Below are positions 25,331 through 39,656 of a DNA stretch of 64,000 nucleotides, piece after piece. The translations under genes were made by a program, and so were the position numbers. This DNA comes from Octopus sinensis (lineage: Eukaryota). The notes under the pieces are model-generated. The model saw only the letters and a program-made list of their open reading frames with translations. It did not search any database and was not told the origin of the DNA. The stretch lies in the NCBI RefSeq assembly GCF_006345805.1, contig NC_042998.1, forward strand, positions 166,470,001 through 166,534,000, given 5' to 3'. The stretch's first letter is position 1, and the number at the start of each line of letters is the position of its first letter.

Positions 25331-25535
25331 TAGGATAAGAAAAAACACACACCAATATACGAAGTTGACTATATTGAGACTGATGACTCAAAAGAAAATT
25401 AATGGAACTCTAAAATTAAACAGCTGAACAACTGTCCAGCTATTTCTGTGTGGTAGCACTTGAAATAGATGTGACCTATTGTGAAAATCAGCTGCTTTTG
25501 GACCTCTGTGTGGCACGAAAAGCATAAGATAATAA

Positions 25536-25789
25536 AAATAAATGCGCCCTTTTAAAAACCTAGCCAGGCTCATGGGCCCGGTTTCCCGGTTTCCATGGCG
25601 TATGTGTTACCCAGCTGGAAGGGACGCCAGTACATCGCAGCGTTACTCATTTTTGCCAGCTGAGTGGACTGGAGCAACGTGAAATGAGGTGTTTTGCTCA
25701 AGAACACAACGCGTCGCCCGATCTAGGAATCGAAACCACAACCTTACGATCATGATGCTGACACCCTAACCACTAAGCTACATGCCTCC
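25536..25789 (-). mobile_element. Family D SINE
   Basis: Reverse complement of 23665-23915; flanked by ACGAAAA(A)GCATA direct repeats. Confidence 0.85.
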
Positions 25790-26190
25790 ACGAACGAAAA
25801 AGCATAGGAAAAAGAAAATATTTATGGGCCATTGATAAGGAGTTTTCAAATCTAGTACCCAAGATACACTTTCAGTTTCATATGAAGCAACAGGATACAT
25901 ACCAACGTGCCTGGAGCAAAGTATAGCTGAACTTGTGTTCATAGGGAAAGAATGCAAAGCCTTATAATTCATACGGTACGAATGACCACGATACCTTGGA
26001 CAATAATAATCTTTAAAAGCTTCTTCAGATTTAAGAGATGATGAAAGAAAACACGATGACTTCCTTCACAGCCTAGCTACCAAGCAGATGGCTGGTTAAA
26101 ATTAAAGAGAAAAGTAAAAAGCCATATATACATATATTCGCTAGTTCACTCATAGACATACATACATACATACATACATACATACATACA

Positions 26191-26226
<36 letters not shown>

Positions 26227-26231
26227 TAAAG

Positions 26232-26520
26232 TCAATCCAAAAATGAAAACACAATGAGAAAACACAACAACGCGAGGACGTGGAACAAGTATAGTGTTAT
26301 TGGACGCTCGGGAAAGGAAAGAAAGAAGAAGGATTTAACGCTTCGAGCGGAGCTCTTCGTCAGAAACATAGAAAAAGAAAAGGTCCAAGGAAGGGAAGAA
26401 GGAAAAAGAAAATCGCCAACGATACACACGCGGTCACATATTGAATGACCGGAAAGGAATGGGTGAAGAAAAAGTTCTTTCAAAGACAGGACAGTGCAAG
26501 AGAAGGAGGTATGTGTGTGT
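26232..26520 (-). mobile_element. Penelope-like pseudo-LTR fragment
   Basis: Contains a minimal hammerhead motif; its 3' part recurs at 48440-48540 (+) and a related copy lies at 43140-43345. Confidence 0.6.
26333..26367 (-). ncRNA. Minimal type I hammerhead ribozyme, one core substitution
   Basis: GTTT-CTGACGA-A-GAGC(TCC)GCTC-GAAG-CGTT-AAAT; GAAA box reads GAAG. Confidence 0.6.
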
Positions 26521-26721
26521 GTGGGGGGGTGCATGTGTGAATGTGTGAGTGCGAATGTGTGTGAACATGTGTGTATGTGTGCGTGAGTGTGTATAAATAT
26601 ATAGGTATATGTGTGTGTATAAATATATCGGTATATGTGTGTATATATATATATATATGCATATATAAATATGTAGCTTTGTTTTTATATATATATGAAT
26701 ATAATATACATACAAATACAA

Positions 26722-26759
<38 letters not shown>

Positions 26760-27068
26760 ATGTGTGTGTGCGTGCGCGTATGAACATGTAGACGCAATTA
26801 AACAGCTGGAGGAAAAATAAGTAATAATAAAATGGTAGACGGAAAAGACTACTCAGATATAAATCTGTAAATTCAATATGGCAGTTGAACGTAGAATAGA
26901 GATGTACACATGCATATTCAGAAACTGATATATAGCAAGAATATCAACAATAACAATATAAAAATAAAAGCATCAGTAACGAATAACAATGAAAATGATT
27001 TATGTTAACTAGTTTCTAAATAACATCAATAATGATGATGAAGAAATAATAATGATAATGATAATCCA

Positions 27069-27465
27069 TTTTTTTCTACTATAGGCATAAGGCCTGAAAT
27101 TTGGAGGAAGAGGATGAGTCGAATACTCGATCCCAATGCGTAACTGGTACTTAATTTATCGACCCTGAAAGGGTGAAAGGCAAAGTCGACCCCGGCGGCA
27201 TTTGAATTCAGAAAATGAAGACAGACGAAATACCTATTTCTTTACTACCCACAAGGGGCTAAACACAGAGAGGATAAACAAGGACAGACAAACGGATTAA
27301 GTATATTATATCGACCCCAGTGCGTAACTGGTACTTAATTTATCGACCCCGAAAGGATGAAAGGCAAAGTCGACCTCGGCGGAATTTGAACTCAAAGCGT
27401 AGCGACGAACGATATGCCGCTAAGCATTTCGCCCGGCGTGCTAACGATCCTGCTAGCCCGCTGCC
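27069..27465 (-). mobile_element. Family B SINE dimer
   Basis: Two body units joined at GACGAAATACCTATTTC; (AAT)n-type flanks on both sides. Confidence 0.85.
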
Positions 27466-27474
27466 TTAATAATA

Positions 27475-27530
<56 letters not shown>

Positions 27531-27718
27531 TCTTCCTACTAATGCCTGAAATTTTGGAAAGGGATGACTCCAGTACTCAGCTGGTTCTTAATTTATCAAC
27601 TCCAAAAGGATGAAAGGCAAAGTCGTTCTCGGCAGAATTTGAACTCAGAATGTAGTGATGGACGAAATACCGCTAAGCATTTTGTCCAATGTGCTAACGA
27701 TTCTGCCAGCTCGCCGCC
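27531..27718 (-). mobile_element. Family B SINE
   Basis: Head GGCGGCGAGCTGGCAGAATCG on the minus strand, abutting (AAT)n. Confidence 0.8.
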
Positions 27719-28113
27719 TTAATAATAAAGAAATAATAAGAATAAATATTATCATTATTGTCGTTAGCATCTTCATCATCATCACCATAAGCTCTCTTTA
27801 CAATCACGTGATTTCATGCTCAGTACTTCTGCGCCGGAACTTCGACAAGCGATTTTGTGTTTGTACCGCACCACCACTTGGTAATTGGTGTTGCCTTGTT
27901 TGCATGTCCGTAACTTACCGGATCGGCAAAAAGAAACCAATAGAGTAAGTACTAGACTTTAAAAAATAAGTGCTGGAGCCAATTTGTTCAACTAAGCCCC
28001 AGTATAGCCGCAGGCCAGTGATTGAAACAAGAAAAATACAAATGATAAAAAATTATTATTAGTATTATTATTATTTTTTTTTTTTGTTGTGTTGTTGTTG
28101 TTAATATTATTAA

Positions 28114-28318
28114 GGCGTTGAGCTGGCAGAATCGCTAGCACGCCGTGCGAAATGCTTAGCAGTATTTCGTCTGTCTTTACCTTCTGAGTTCAAATTCCGC
28201 CGAGGTCGACTTTGCCTTTCATCATTTCGGGGTCAACAAATTAAGTACCAGTTGCATACTGGAGTCGACTGGCGCCCTCCCTAAAAATTTCGGGCCTTCT
28301 GTCTAGAGTAAAAGAATT
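28114..28318 (+). mobile_element. Family B SINE within an (ATT)n array
   Basis: Preceded by TATTATTAA and followed by about 90 bp of (ATT)n. Confidence 0.85.
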
Positions 28319-28319
28319 A

Positions 28320-28356
<37 letters not shown>

Positions 28357-29030
28357 CATTATTATTATTATTATTATGATTATTATTATTATTACTATTA
28401 TTATTATTGTTATTAAGAAAATGTGGTCAGTGGCAAGAGAAACAGAGAGAAACGTATCCCGTGGGACAGCTCAAAATATTCAAGTGGAAGTGAGGCGCAA
28501 TAAAACCATTGCCTGCTTTTACTTACATACCCGGGGTACGTTTCATACTTGATAGAATTTCTGTGAGAGATTTTTGTTCTTCCCATATCAATCCAGTACA
28601 GTAACACTACCAAACATCTTCTCTTACCAATCTTCTCTGTTCAGATTAGAGGAACTGATGACCACCCAAGAAGTTGAATAAAATATTTTCTTTCAAAAAG
28701 TATCTTTCTCTTTCTCTCTCTGCCCCTCTTCCTCTCTCTCAATCCCTCCACTCTCTCTTACTCACTTCCACATTTTCTTTCACTCTATTCTTTGTTTTCT
28801 CTTCTTATTTATTCATTTATTTTAATATTTAGTCAGACATGACAGTGACGACAACGTTATCATTATTTTCTTCCAGAACAACTGGACATACACATCATTG
28901 TCCAATACTATATTCTCTATATGATACTACTCCAATGTATATCTATATATCCCATATTTGTGGGAAATTACGTATAAGGTGTGTGGTGTGTGTATGTGCT
29001 GTAAGTATATTATGTATACACATATATAGA

Positions 29031-29082
<52 letters not shown>

Positions 29083-29093
29083 ATATATATATA

Positions 29094-29492
29094 CTCTTTT
29101 ACTCTTTTACTTGTTTCAGTCATTCGACTGTGGCCATGCTGGAGCACCGCTTTTAGTCGAGCAAATCGACCCCGGGACTTATTCTTTGTAAGCCCAGTAC
29201 TTATTCTATCGGTCTCTTTTTTGCCGAACTGCTAAGTGACGGGGACGTAAACACACCAGCATCGGTTATCAAGCAATGCTAGGGGGACAAACACAGACAC
29301 ACAAACACACACACATACATATATATATACGACAGGCTTCTTTCAGTTTCCGTCTACCAAATCCACTCACAAGGCATTGGTCGGCCCGGGGCTATAGCAG
29401 AAGACACTTGCCCAAGGTGCCACGCAGTGGGACTGAATCCGTAACCATGTGGTTGGTTAGCAAGCTACTTACCACACAGCTACTCCTGCGCC
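29094..29492 (-). mobile_element. Family C SINE, apparently full length
   Basis: Complete head-to-tail reverse complement of the family C pattern seen elsewhere in the window. Confidence 0.85.
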
Positions 29493-29494
29493 TA

Positions 29495-29549
<55 letters not shown>

Positions 29550-29999
29550 ACAGACACATCCATACATGAATATACACATGCACACTTACATACACACATA
29601 CATACATATAGACAAACAGGCAAACAGACTGACAGACAGACAGACAGAATTCGTCGGCTTTAATATTGAAAACAGTGAATAAAACGTTTCAACTGCGTAT
29701 CACGGATTTTTATTCAGCCGGGCGAGTATTCGCAACGCCAATGAATTTTTTATTCACCTTTCCTCATATCATTGGCGATGAATTCTCGTTCGAAGTGCGA
29801 CTGAATGCGAGTAAGGGCCGTTGAAATGGCCCGAAATGTCCGAAACGCATCTGGTGTTCTTGGCAACTACTACTGAAGTAAATTTTCCTCTCTCTCCGAA
29901 ATTTGTCCGTAAGATATATTCTCTAAGGACACATACTGCAGTAACTGGCTTATCGATGAAGGTATACATTAAGTATGATATATGTATATATATATTATT

Positions 30000-30069
<70 letters not shown>

Positions 30070-30081
30070 GTGTGTGTGTGT

Positions 30082-30117
<36 letters not shown>

Positions 30118-30228
30118 TGTGTGTGCGCGTGTGTTTGTGTGTGTGTGTGTGTATGTATGTGTGTGTGTGTGTGTATGTGTGTGTATGTATGTATGTATGT
30201 ATGTATGTATGTATGTATGTATGTATGT

Positions 30229-30478
30229 GGAGGCGCGTGGTTTAATGGTTTGGGTGATATACTCATGATCGTAAGATTGTGGTTTCGATTCCTGGACCGG
30301 GCAGTGCGTTGTGCTCTTAATCAAAACATTTATTTTCACGATGCTCCAGTTCACTCAGCTGGCAAAAATTAGTAATCCTACGATTGACCGGCGTCCCGTC
30401 CAGGTGGAAAATACTTAGTCATGGAAACCGGGAAACCGGCCTTTATGAGTCGGCGTGGCTCAAGAAGGTAACCTTTAT
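30229..30478 (+). mobile_element. Family D SINE
   Basis: Matches 23665-23915. Confidence 0.8.
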
Positions 30479-31635
30479 GTACATGTATATATATATATTT
30501 ATATATGTTTGTGTACACCTACTTATATATTTATATTAAATATATATGTATATTTGAGTATATATATGCATGTATGTGTGTATGTATATGTATATATATA
30601 TACATATATATAGAGAGAGAGGCAGAGAGGGGGAGGGAGAGAGTAGGGTAAAAATAAGGGATAGAGAATAAGAGAGAGTGTATATATATTACCGATGTTA
30701 TTTTATTCAAAATTAGGTCCTCTCCAATCAAACGCTGAATAGTAGAATAACCCCAAACCTAAAGAGAAGCCCTGATTCAACATACTATGAAACATTATAT
30801 ATCATAAAGTATTCAACATTACTAGACAATGACGGATTCTCCACATGGTTTGATAATCTGTTTGAAGTTGAAGAAATATCGCCTTCAAATCACATCCCGC
30901 CATCTTAAAGCATATACTGGAACAAAGGTTGATTTGTACGGCGTGCGGGGGTTGACAACAACAACATCAACAACCTTCAATGCTGAAGGAACAAACAACA
31001 ACTTTACAGTATCATCCCTTTTGGCACTATATAAATCTTTCATATATCTACGGCCAATTCGGGGCGCTGCACACATGGACACACACAGACAGACAGACAC
31101 ACATACACAAACACACATACACACACACATACACACACACACATATAATGATATATATCTCATGTTTTCGGATGTTGTTATATATCGCTGGTCACAATGC
31201 GCTTCGCATTGTTTTAACTTTCGAATGACGCCACCCCCGCTAGCTAGGCAAGCGAGCCAAGATTCTCTCTGATCAGAAGGCTATTCCGCCACAGGGTTAC
31301 CCATTTATAGATAGCTGGACTGGAACAACGTGAAATGAAGTGTTTTGCTCAAGAACACAATGCGTCGTCCGGTACTTGAACTAGTCATCTGGTGACTGTG
31401 AATGAAATATCTTACCCACGAGGCCATGCAGCTTCACACACACACGTACACACACACCACATATATATACGCTCAGGCACGTAAATGTTCACATACATAA
31501 ATGTCGTATGTGGGTGTGTGTATGCATACATATACATACATATAATTATGGTTGTATGTATGTATGTATGTATGTATGTATGTATGTATATGTATATATA
31601 TATATATATTATATATATTATATATACACACACAC

Positions 31636-31703
<68 letters not shown>

Positions 31704-32079
31704 TTCTTCATGAGGAAGAACTTATTCTCGCATTTACAATTTGGCAACGGATCAGAAACAGCCGTAAGATATGTTACATCACCTATTCGTTGTGACATGC
31801 TTCGTATTAAAGAACAAGCTATAAATGTGGTCCAATCGATGTGAGTTTTAACCTGAGGTTTTCTCCATTTTCGGATTATATATATCAGAAAAATAAGAAA
31901 AATAAGAAAATAGAGATAAATCAATCGATAATTATATTTATCTACCAATTACAAAAATAGACATAAACTCTATATAAACTTATATATATAAATATATATA
32001 TGTATACAAATATATATGTACACATACATACAATTATATGTATATACATATATACATATACATATATATATATTATATA

Positions 32080-32121
<42 letters not shown>

Positions 32122-32204
32122 GTATATATGCATATGTAAATATACATATAAACGCTAGTATCGAGTGAGTGCTCAACACCGTATTGGCAGGTAAGTATTC
32201 TTTA

Positions 32205-32438
32205 TTTGTGGATCAACAAGGCAATAAATGGCATTACCTTGAAGAGATCGCCACAATCGTTAAAGCGAATCACTTGGAAATAATGGTACTCGTCTCCATT
32301 CTGCGTGAGAATACACGATGTTCTCTCGTGTATTCTTATCCAAAATGGCGGCGAGTACCAACATTTCCAATTGGCTCGCTTGAACAATTGTGGAGATAGC
32401 CACACGTGAAACTATTGGTTGCCTTGCTAATCCACAAA
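32205..32438. repeat. Long imperfect palindrome (about 113-bp arms, 7-nt loop)
   Basis: Core AGAATACACGA-TGTTCTC-TCGTGTATTCT (32308-32336); pairing extends outward with mismatches to TTTGTGGAT / ATCCACAAA. Confidence 0.9.
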
Positions 32439-33305
32439 AATTGCATATATTTCTGTGTATGTCTATGTGTGACTGTGGTTACGTGCGTGTGTGTGTGTGT
32501 GTGTTTTGTGTGTGCACGCGTATACGCTCCTCTGCAAAATTTGTTCAGAAGGTCTTGGTCAGCTCGGAGTTATAGTAGAATATGTTTGTCGCGCTCTGGA
32601 GTTGAACCCGAAACCGCATAGTTGCAAAGCAAATTTTGTACACTCCACGGCCATCTCTGAAATCCTTATGATCATAGGAATTCTGGATTAGGGTTGATCA
32701 AGAAAAAATCTAGATACGAATACCAAAAAGATAATTTTCAAAAATGCTTCAGAGTGTTATTGACAAAAGCTTTGAAATATTGAAGGCATTTTGTGTCATG
32801 AGTCAAATACTGTAAGAGAGTGGCGGATTAGATTTCTCACAGCAGTGGTAGTTTCTCGCATGAACTTCGATTGCAATTAGTCAATCAGAATGTCACGTTG
32901 AGCCACACATGACAAGATGCCTATTGAATCAAACGATACGGAGTGAAGTGTTAGATGTGTTCGCTCGACAAGCTAAACTTAGCAACCGTCTTCTTTGCAA
33001 ATCACACATTTCAGAACACGTAGGGTAAATGTTGTTATGGATAAACTGTAACCGCAAAAAAAGGCTGTTTGGTTATTGGGGATTGACTTTGATCATAGTT
33101 ACAAATGCGAAGGAATAAACGCATCTTGTCATTCAGTGGGGAATACACGAATCAGTATAGACATACGTACATACATACCTACATACATACATACATACAT
33201 ACAAACATACAAACATACATACATACATACACACAAACATATATACATACATACATTCATACATACATACATACATATATACATACATATATATATATAT
33301 ATATA

Positions 33306-33701
<396 letters not shown>

Positions 33702-33757
33702 AGACACACAAACACACACATATATGTGTGCGTGTGTGTGTGTGTGTGTTTGTGTAT

Positions 33758-33793
<36 letters not shown>

Positions 33794-34232
33794 CCGCGCG
33801 CGTGGGCACATACATAGATAAATGCATACAAACATACATTCATATCCATGGTCATTCATTCTTATCCATGCAGACATTCTGTCAGATTATTCGAATAGAT
33901 ACAGACAATCATATGCACGGGAGTGTAATGAAATACAAGTAGAAAAACTACATTACCCTACAGTCGACAATAGGAAATGAATCATCTAATGATAGATTCC
34001 ACAATGATACATATCCGGTTGACTTACAGACAGACAGGTCTTTTTTTTTTTCGACTGTCAGCGCGCGTATAAGTATAGAAGTACACATATAATGCATACG
34101 TGCACAGAAGCAAGCAGGCATGATCACATGAACGCATATACATATATAAATACTAACACACAAAACTGAACGCGTGCATGCTTTGCGTTTGTGCTTCTCT
34201 GCGGTCAGACGAGCATATATACTTTATGTGTG

Positions 34233-34267
<35 letters not shown>

Positions 34268-34296
34268 ATACATACATACATACATACATACATGCA

Positions 34297-34332
<36 letters not shown>

Positions 34333-34423
34333 TATAGATAGATAGATATGGGTATATATATATATATGTATATATATATATGAGTATATATTATGGGTAT
34401 ATGTATATGTATATATGTATATG

Positions 34424-34545
<122 letters not shown>

Positions 34546-34581
34546 ATATATATATGGATATATATATATTATATATATATG

Positions 34582-34672
<91 letters not shown>

Positions 34673-34675
34673 TAT

Positions 34676-34842
34676 GGGTATGGTGCAGGTGTGGTTGACT
34701 GGTAGGAAGCTTGCTTCCAACAACATGGTTCTGGGTTCAGTCCTACTGAGTGGCAACTTGGTCAAGTGTCTTCTGCTATAATCCCGGGCTGACCAATGTC
34801 CTGTGAGTGGATTTGGTTGATGGAACTGGAAAAGATCCCGTC

Positions 34843-34895
<53 letters not shown>

Positions 34896-35272
34896 ATGTG
34901 TGTGTATGTGTGTGTGTGTGTGTGTGTGCGTGTGTGTGTGTGTTTATGTTATGTATGTGCGTGTATGTACGTGAATGTGTATATATATGTATGTGTGAGT
35001 ATGTATGTGTGTGTGTATGTGTATGTATATGCCTGTATGTATATGTGTGTATGCGCGTGCTTATCTTTCTGTTTCTCCTCCACCACTGCTTGACAAACGG
35101 CGTTGGTTTGTTTATGTCTGCAATTTAGCGGTTCCACAAGAAGTGGCCGTTAGAATAAGGACAGACTTTAAAATAAAAATACTGGGTACGATTTATTCGA
35201 CTAAAACTTGTGAAGGCAGTTCCACTGCATGGCCGCAGTCCAATGACTGGAACAAGTAAAAAATAAAAATTA
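34676..35272 (+). mobile_element. Family C SINE with expanded internal microsatellite
   Basis: Head and tail match family C. Confidence 0.75.
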
Positions 35273-35562
35273 AAGACACATACATATATATGTATTCACA
35301 GACATACTCACACACTCGTATTAATTTAAGGGGATAAACAGTACTTAACACATTAGTTTCCTGTTTGTTCCACCCTAATTTATGGGTCAGGCAGTGGACT
35401 ATCTCGGGATTGCAGGGACCAACATCCAGGAGAGAAAGAGACTGATGCCCAGAACGTAGCGACAGACAAAATACCGATAAGCATTTCGTCTGGCTTGTTA
35501 ACGATTCTGCTAGCTCGCCGCCTTAATAATAATAATAGTAATGATGATGATGATGATGATGA

Positions 35563-35624
<62 letters not shown>

Positions 35625-35641
35625 CAACAACAATAATGATA

Positions 35642-35998
35642 AGCCTGATAATTGGGGATAAAGTCTAAGTCGAGTACATCACCCTCAGTGCTTATTTTAT
35701 CGATCTCGAAAGGATGAAAGGCAATTTCGGCCTCGGTGAAATTTGAACTTTGAATGTGAAGACGGACGAAATACCTATTTCTTTATTACCCACAAGGGAC
35801 TAAACATAGAAGGTACAAACAAGGACAGACATAGGTATTAAGTCGATTACATCGACGCCAATGCATAACTGGTACTTAATTTGTCGACCCCGAAAAGATG
35901 AAAGGCAAAGTCGACCTCGGCGGAATTTGAACTCACAACGTAACGACAGACGAAATACCGCTAAGCTTTTTTGCCCGGCGTGCTAATGATTCTGCCGT
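35642..35998 (-). mobile_element. Family B SINE dimer
   Basis: Same internal junction GACGAAATACCTATTTC near 35768; adjacent (AAT)n. Confidence 0.8.
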
Positions 35999-37009
35999 CT
36001 TAATACTAATTTCAAATTTCGGCACCAGGACAGCAATTTTCGGGAGTAGATAAGTCGATCACATTGTCCCCGGTCCTCAACTGTTACTTATTTTATCGAT
36101 CCCTTTCAAAATTTGGCACAAAGTCAACAGTCTTAAGGAGATGGGATAAGTCGATTACACTGACACCATATGTGTACTTGTGTATCTGTTTCCGAGTCAG
36201 TATATCATGTATTTACACATACACTTTCATAAACACACATACATACATACATACATACATACATACATACATACATACATACATACATACATACACACAC
36301 ACATACACATACAAACACGCACATACACACTCTCTTTTCCTCTTTTATTACTTCCAACACAATGGCATTTATTGGTTTTTTTAGCCCATTGGTTGGGGCA
36401 CTAATATTACTATCGTTTCTTTTTCAAAATCCTTCTTCTTTCCTTAAGGGACTTTCATACGGCTACCCACATTTGCCTTTTTCTACTGGCTCAGATCTCA
36501 ACCAATAGAATAAACAAGTGTTTCTTCAATACGAAATACATTTGCATCTACTCCATGCTGACATCTCCAGATTTCCAACAAAGTTTTGTCACGTTGTGTG
36601 CCCTTGTAAACTAAACTTATACAATAACTTGTCCTAAATATCGATGATCGGGACTGGACCTTCGGCACTATGCAGTGTGGTCCAGCTTGATATTGCCATA
36701 TCTGTCAATGCCAAAGATTGGTGATATTCCCTTCCAGAATCTTCTGCATCTTACCTATGAGTACTGTAGATAGTAGATCATACTTCTTTCATTCTCTTCC
36801 AATAGTGCTTTTGTTTCTTTAAGATAATCTTGGTGCATTGGGTTGCTTCAAATTCCACTGTTTGGTCTAGATTACGTGGCAATTATAGTTAACAATAATC
36901 TAGACGGTTGTCAGAAAATACCTTCAATATTATCAACACGGTTTCTTGCTCTCGTTATATATAAAATACAACTGTGCGTGTATCTCAGTTCGTATGTCCA
37001 TGTGTGTGT

Positions 37010-37069
<60 letters not shown>

Positions 37070-39355
37070 GCGTGTGTGTGTGCGTGTGTGTAACTCAATC
37101 TTGATTGACTTCACTTGAATCAGGTAATTTGCTGTTTACAAAGTGAGCATCATACAAACATAAGACCCTAACAATTCTTTATAAATCTTTCAAAGTAGCT
37201 GAATTTCCTTAGGTGTTTTATAGATCATTCTTTCGCCGGCGACATTTTCTATCAAGTGTGCAAACAACATTGACTTCTTTGTTGATATATTTTTATCAAG
37301 TAATTTCTATTGTAAAAATGTATTCCAAGCAATAACACATTTAATTTTAACAAAAATAGTGCCTTCTTTTTGACAAAGAAATAATCAAAAACTTTTATAA
37401 AAATTCAACTTATTTTGATTAGATGTGTATCTTTTTCCATACCGCTGATCAAGTGAAAATTTCAGATTTGGGTAATATCCACAGCAATTATTGTTTGTTG
37501 CTTTTCCCTCATAGATTTGGCCATCTTTCCTGTCACTCCAATCGTAAAGCCATCCATTCTCCATAACTATTTTCTTGTATGGTCTTGACATTCCCTTCTA
37601 TGGTGATATTTACCTTAAAATAAAAGCCAATAAAAGTCTCCGAGTACAAACGATTTAATTTGCGACTCATACAAACAAATTAGAATTCTAAACCTGTTCA
37701 TCATGATGATTCATTGTGAAAACACACAGACGCATTCATACACTCTGATAACACGTATAGAGGGTCACGCATGCTCATACACACGCTTATACACATGCAT
37801 ACAAGCCCCGATCAAACATAAAACTATACACAAGGATAAGGTGTTCAAATGCACATGCTTAAGACACTCATATGCACCTATACATATGCATACACTTCAC
37901 AACCAATTATGTATAAATACTCCTTACCCTCAGCTTCCTTTCTCTCTCACTTTTCTCCTTTTGTTTTTCTTCCTTCTCCCACTATCCCCCGTTCGTCTCT
38001 TCTGTCACTATCTTACTTCTTTCTCTACCTCTCTCTCACAAACACACATTCACATATATTAGGGATACAGATCTTTCACACTCTCCCTTCCTCTCTTTCT
38101 TCCACTATATCTTTCTCCCTCTTGTTCTCTCACTTTTCTTCTCTCTCTCTCCTGCCTTCTCTTCCTCGCTCTCTCTCCTCCCGTCTCTTCTCCTCTCTCT
38201 CTCCTACCTTCTCTTCCTCTCTCTCTCTCTCTTGCGTTCTCTCTCTCCCTCCCCTCTCTCTCTATCTATCATTCTCCTACGTACATTTGCATACATGCAG
38301 ATATACATACATAAGCGCACTCACACAAACATATACAAATACATATACATTACAGACATACACGGTCTTACGTGTCACATTACTCATCACAACTAAATTT
38401 ACCAAATCTTTTAACCTTACCCTACACTTTAACCTCGCAGACCCTTGTGGATATGCGCACACATTCAACTTACGTATAATGCTTGCATGTGAATGCGCAC
38501 AATCACACACATACACATTAAAACACACATGCATACATGTGCTCATAGACGCATACATGTGCGTACTCACTTGCATACACTAGAGTACATACACAAACAT
38601 CACATGCACAAATAAATATAAATATAGACACGCATGCGCACACATGCAGATCAACTATACGCACATACACACACACACTCACATACACACACACACACAC
38701 ATACACACATATGCATACACGCGTAGACACACAGACACGCAATATCTAAAAATATTACTTGTCCAACGATTTAATTAGGTGTTTGGAGTGAAAAAAAAAA
38801 AGAAAAATGAACAAAAGCAAGACAAACGCGCATAAAAAAAACACCAACAAAATACAGCAAATTCGCACCACTGACTGCTAACGAACATCGAATATCAACA
38901 CTAATTGATTTGACCTTAAAATGACCCAACCCGGGTACTGACCTCGTCCCTCAGGAGACCTTCGAAACTATAAATAAATAGAATCATAAAGAAAATTGCC
39001 GGCGTAATTGTCATATTGTTATTGTTATTGTTATTTTATTTTATTTTAGTCTTGTTCTTACTAGAGAGGGGAGGTTGTAAGGGTGGTTTTCATGTTCAGC
39101 AAAATCAAGTAATTTGATGTTTCGTCTGATCTCGATTTAGATTGCCTAAGTTGTCTCAGGTGTACTTCACTACCTATGTGTATACACTGTATACTCATAA
39201 CTAGACCAATATATATACATGTGAGTGTGTATGTGTATGTGTATGTGTATTTGTGTATGTGTATGTGTGTGTGTGTGTGTGTTTTGAACTGTTATTCCCT
39301 GCACGTTTTTTCTCTCTCTCCATCTCTTTTCTCTCTCCTTTTTTTTCTCTCAGTA

Positions 39356-39391
39356 CTTTCTGTCGAAGAGCGTAGACTTAAAACGTGAAAG
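39356..39391 (+). ncRNA. Degenerate Penelope-type hammerhead relic
   Basis: CTTT-CTGTCGA-A-GAGC(GTAG)ACTT-AAAAC-GTG-AAAG; core and stem II mutated. Confidence 0.35.
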
Positions 39392-39559
39392 ACTTTTCCA
39401 TTCTTCACGAGCGTCAAACTAATACATCTGCTGGTTGTTCTTTCACCTCTCTTTGTCTTTTGTTTTCTGTAAATTCGAACTATGTGTGTGTGTTGTGTGT
39501 GTGTTGTGTGTTTGTGTGTGTGTGTGTGTGTGTGTATGCGTGCGTGTAGAGTGAGAGAG

Positions 39560-39569
39560 ATAGTAAGGG

Positions 39570-39656
<87 letters not shown>

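Noticed and set aside
32169-32405. In-register ORFs on both strands
   Set aside because: Explained by the palindrome at 32205-32438; not independent evidence of coding
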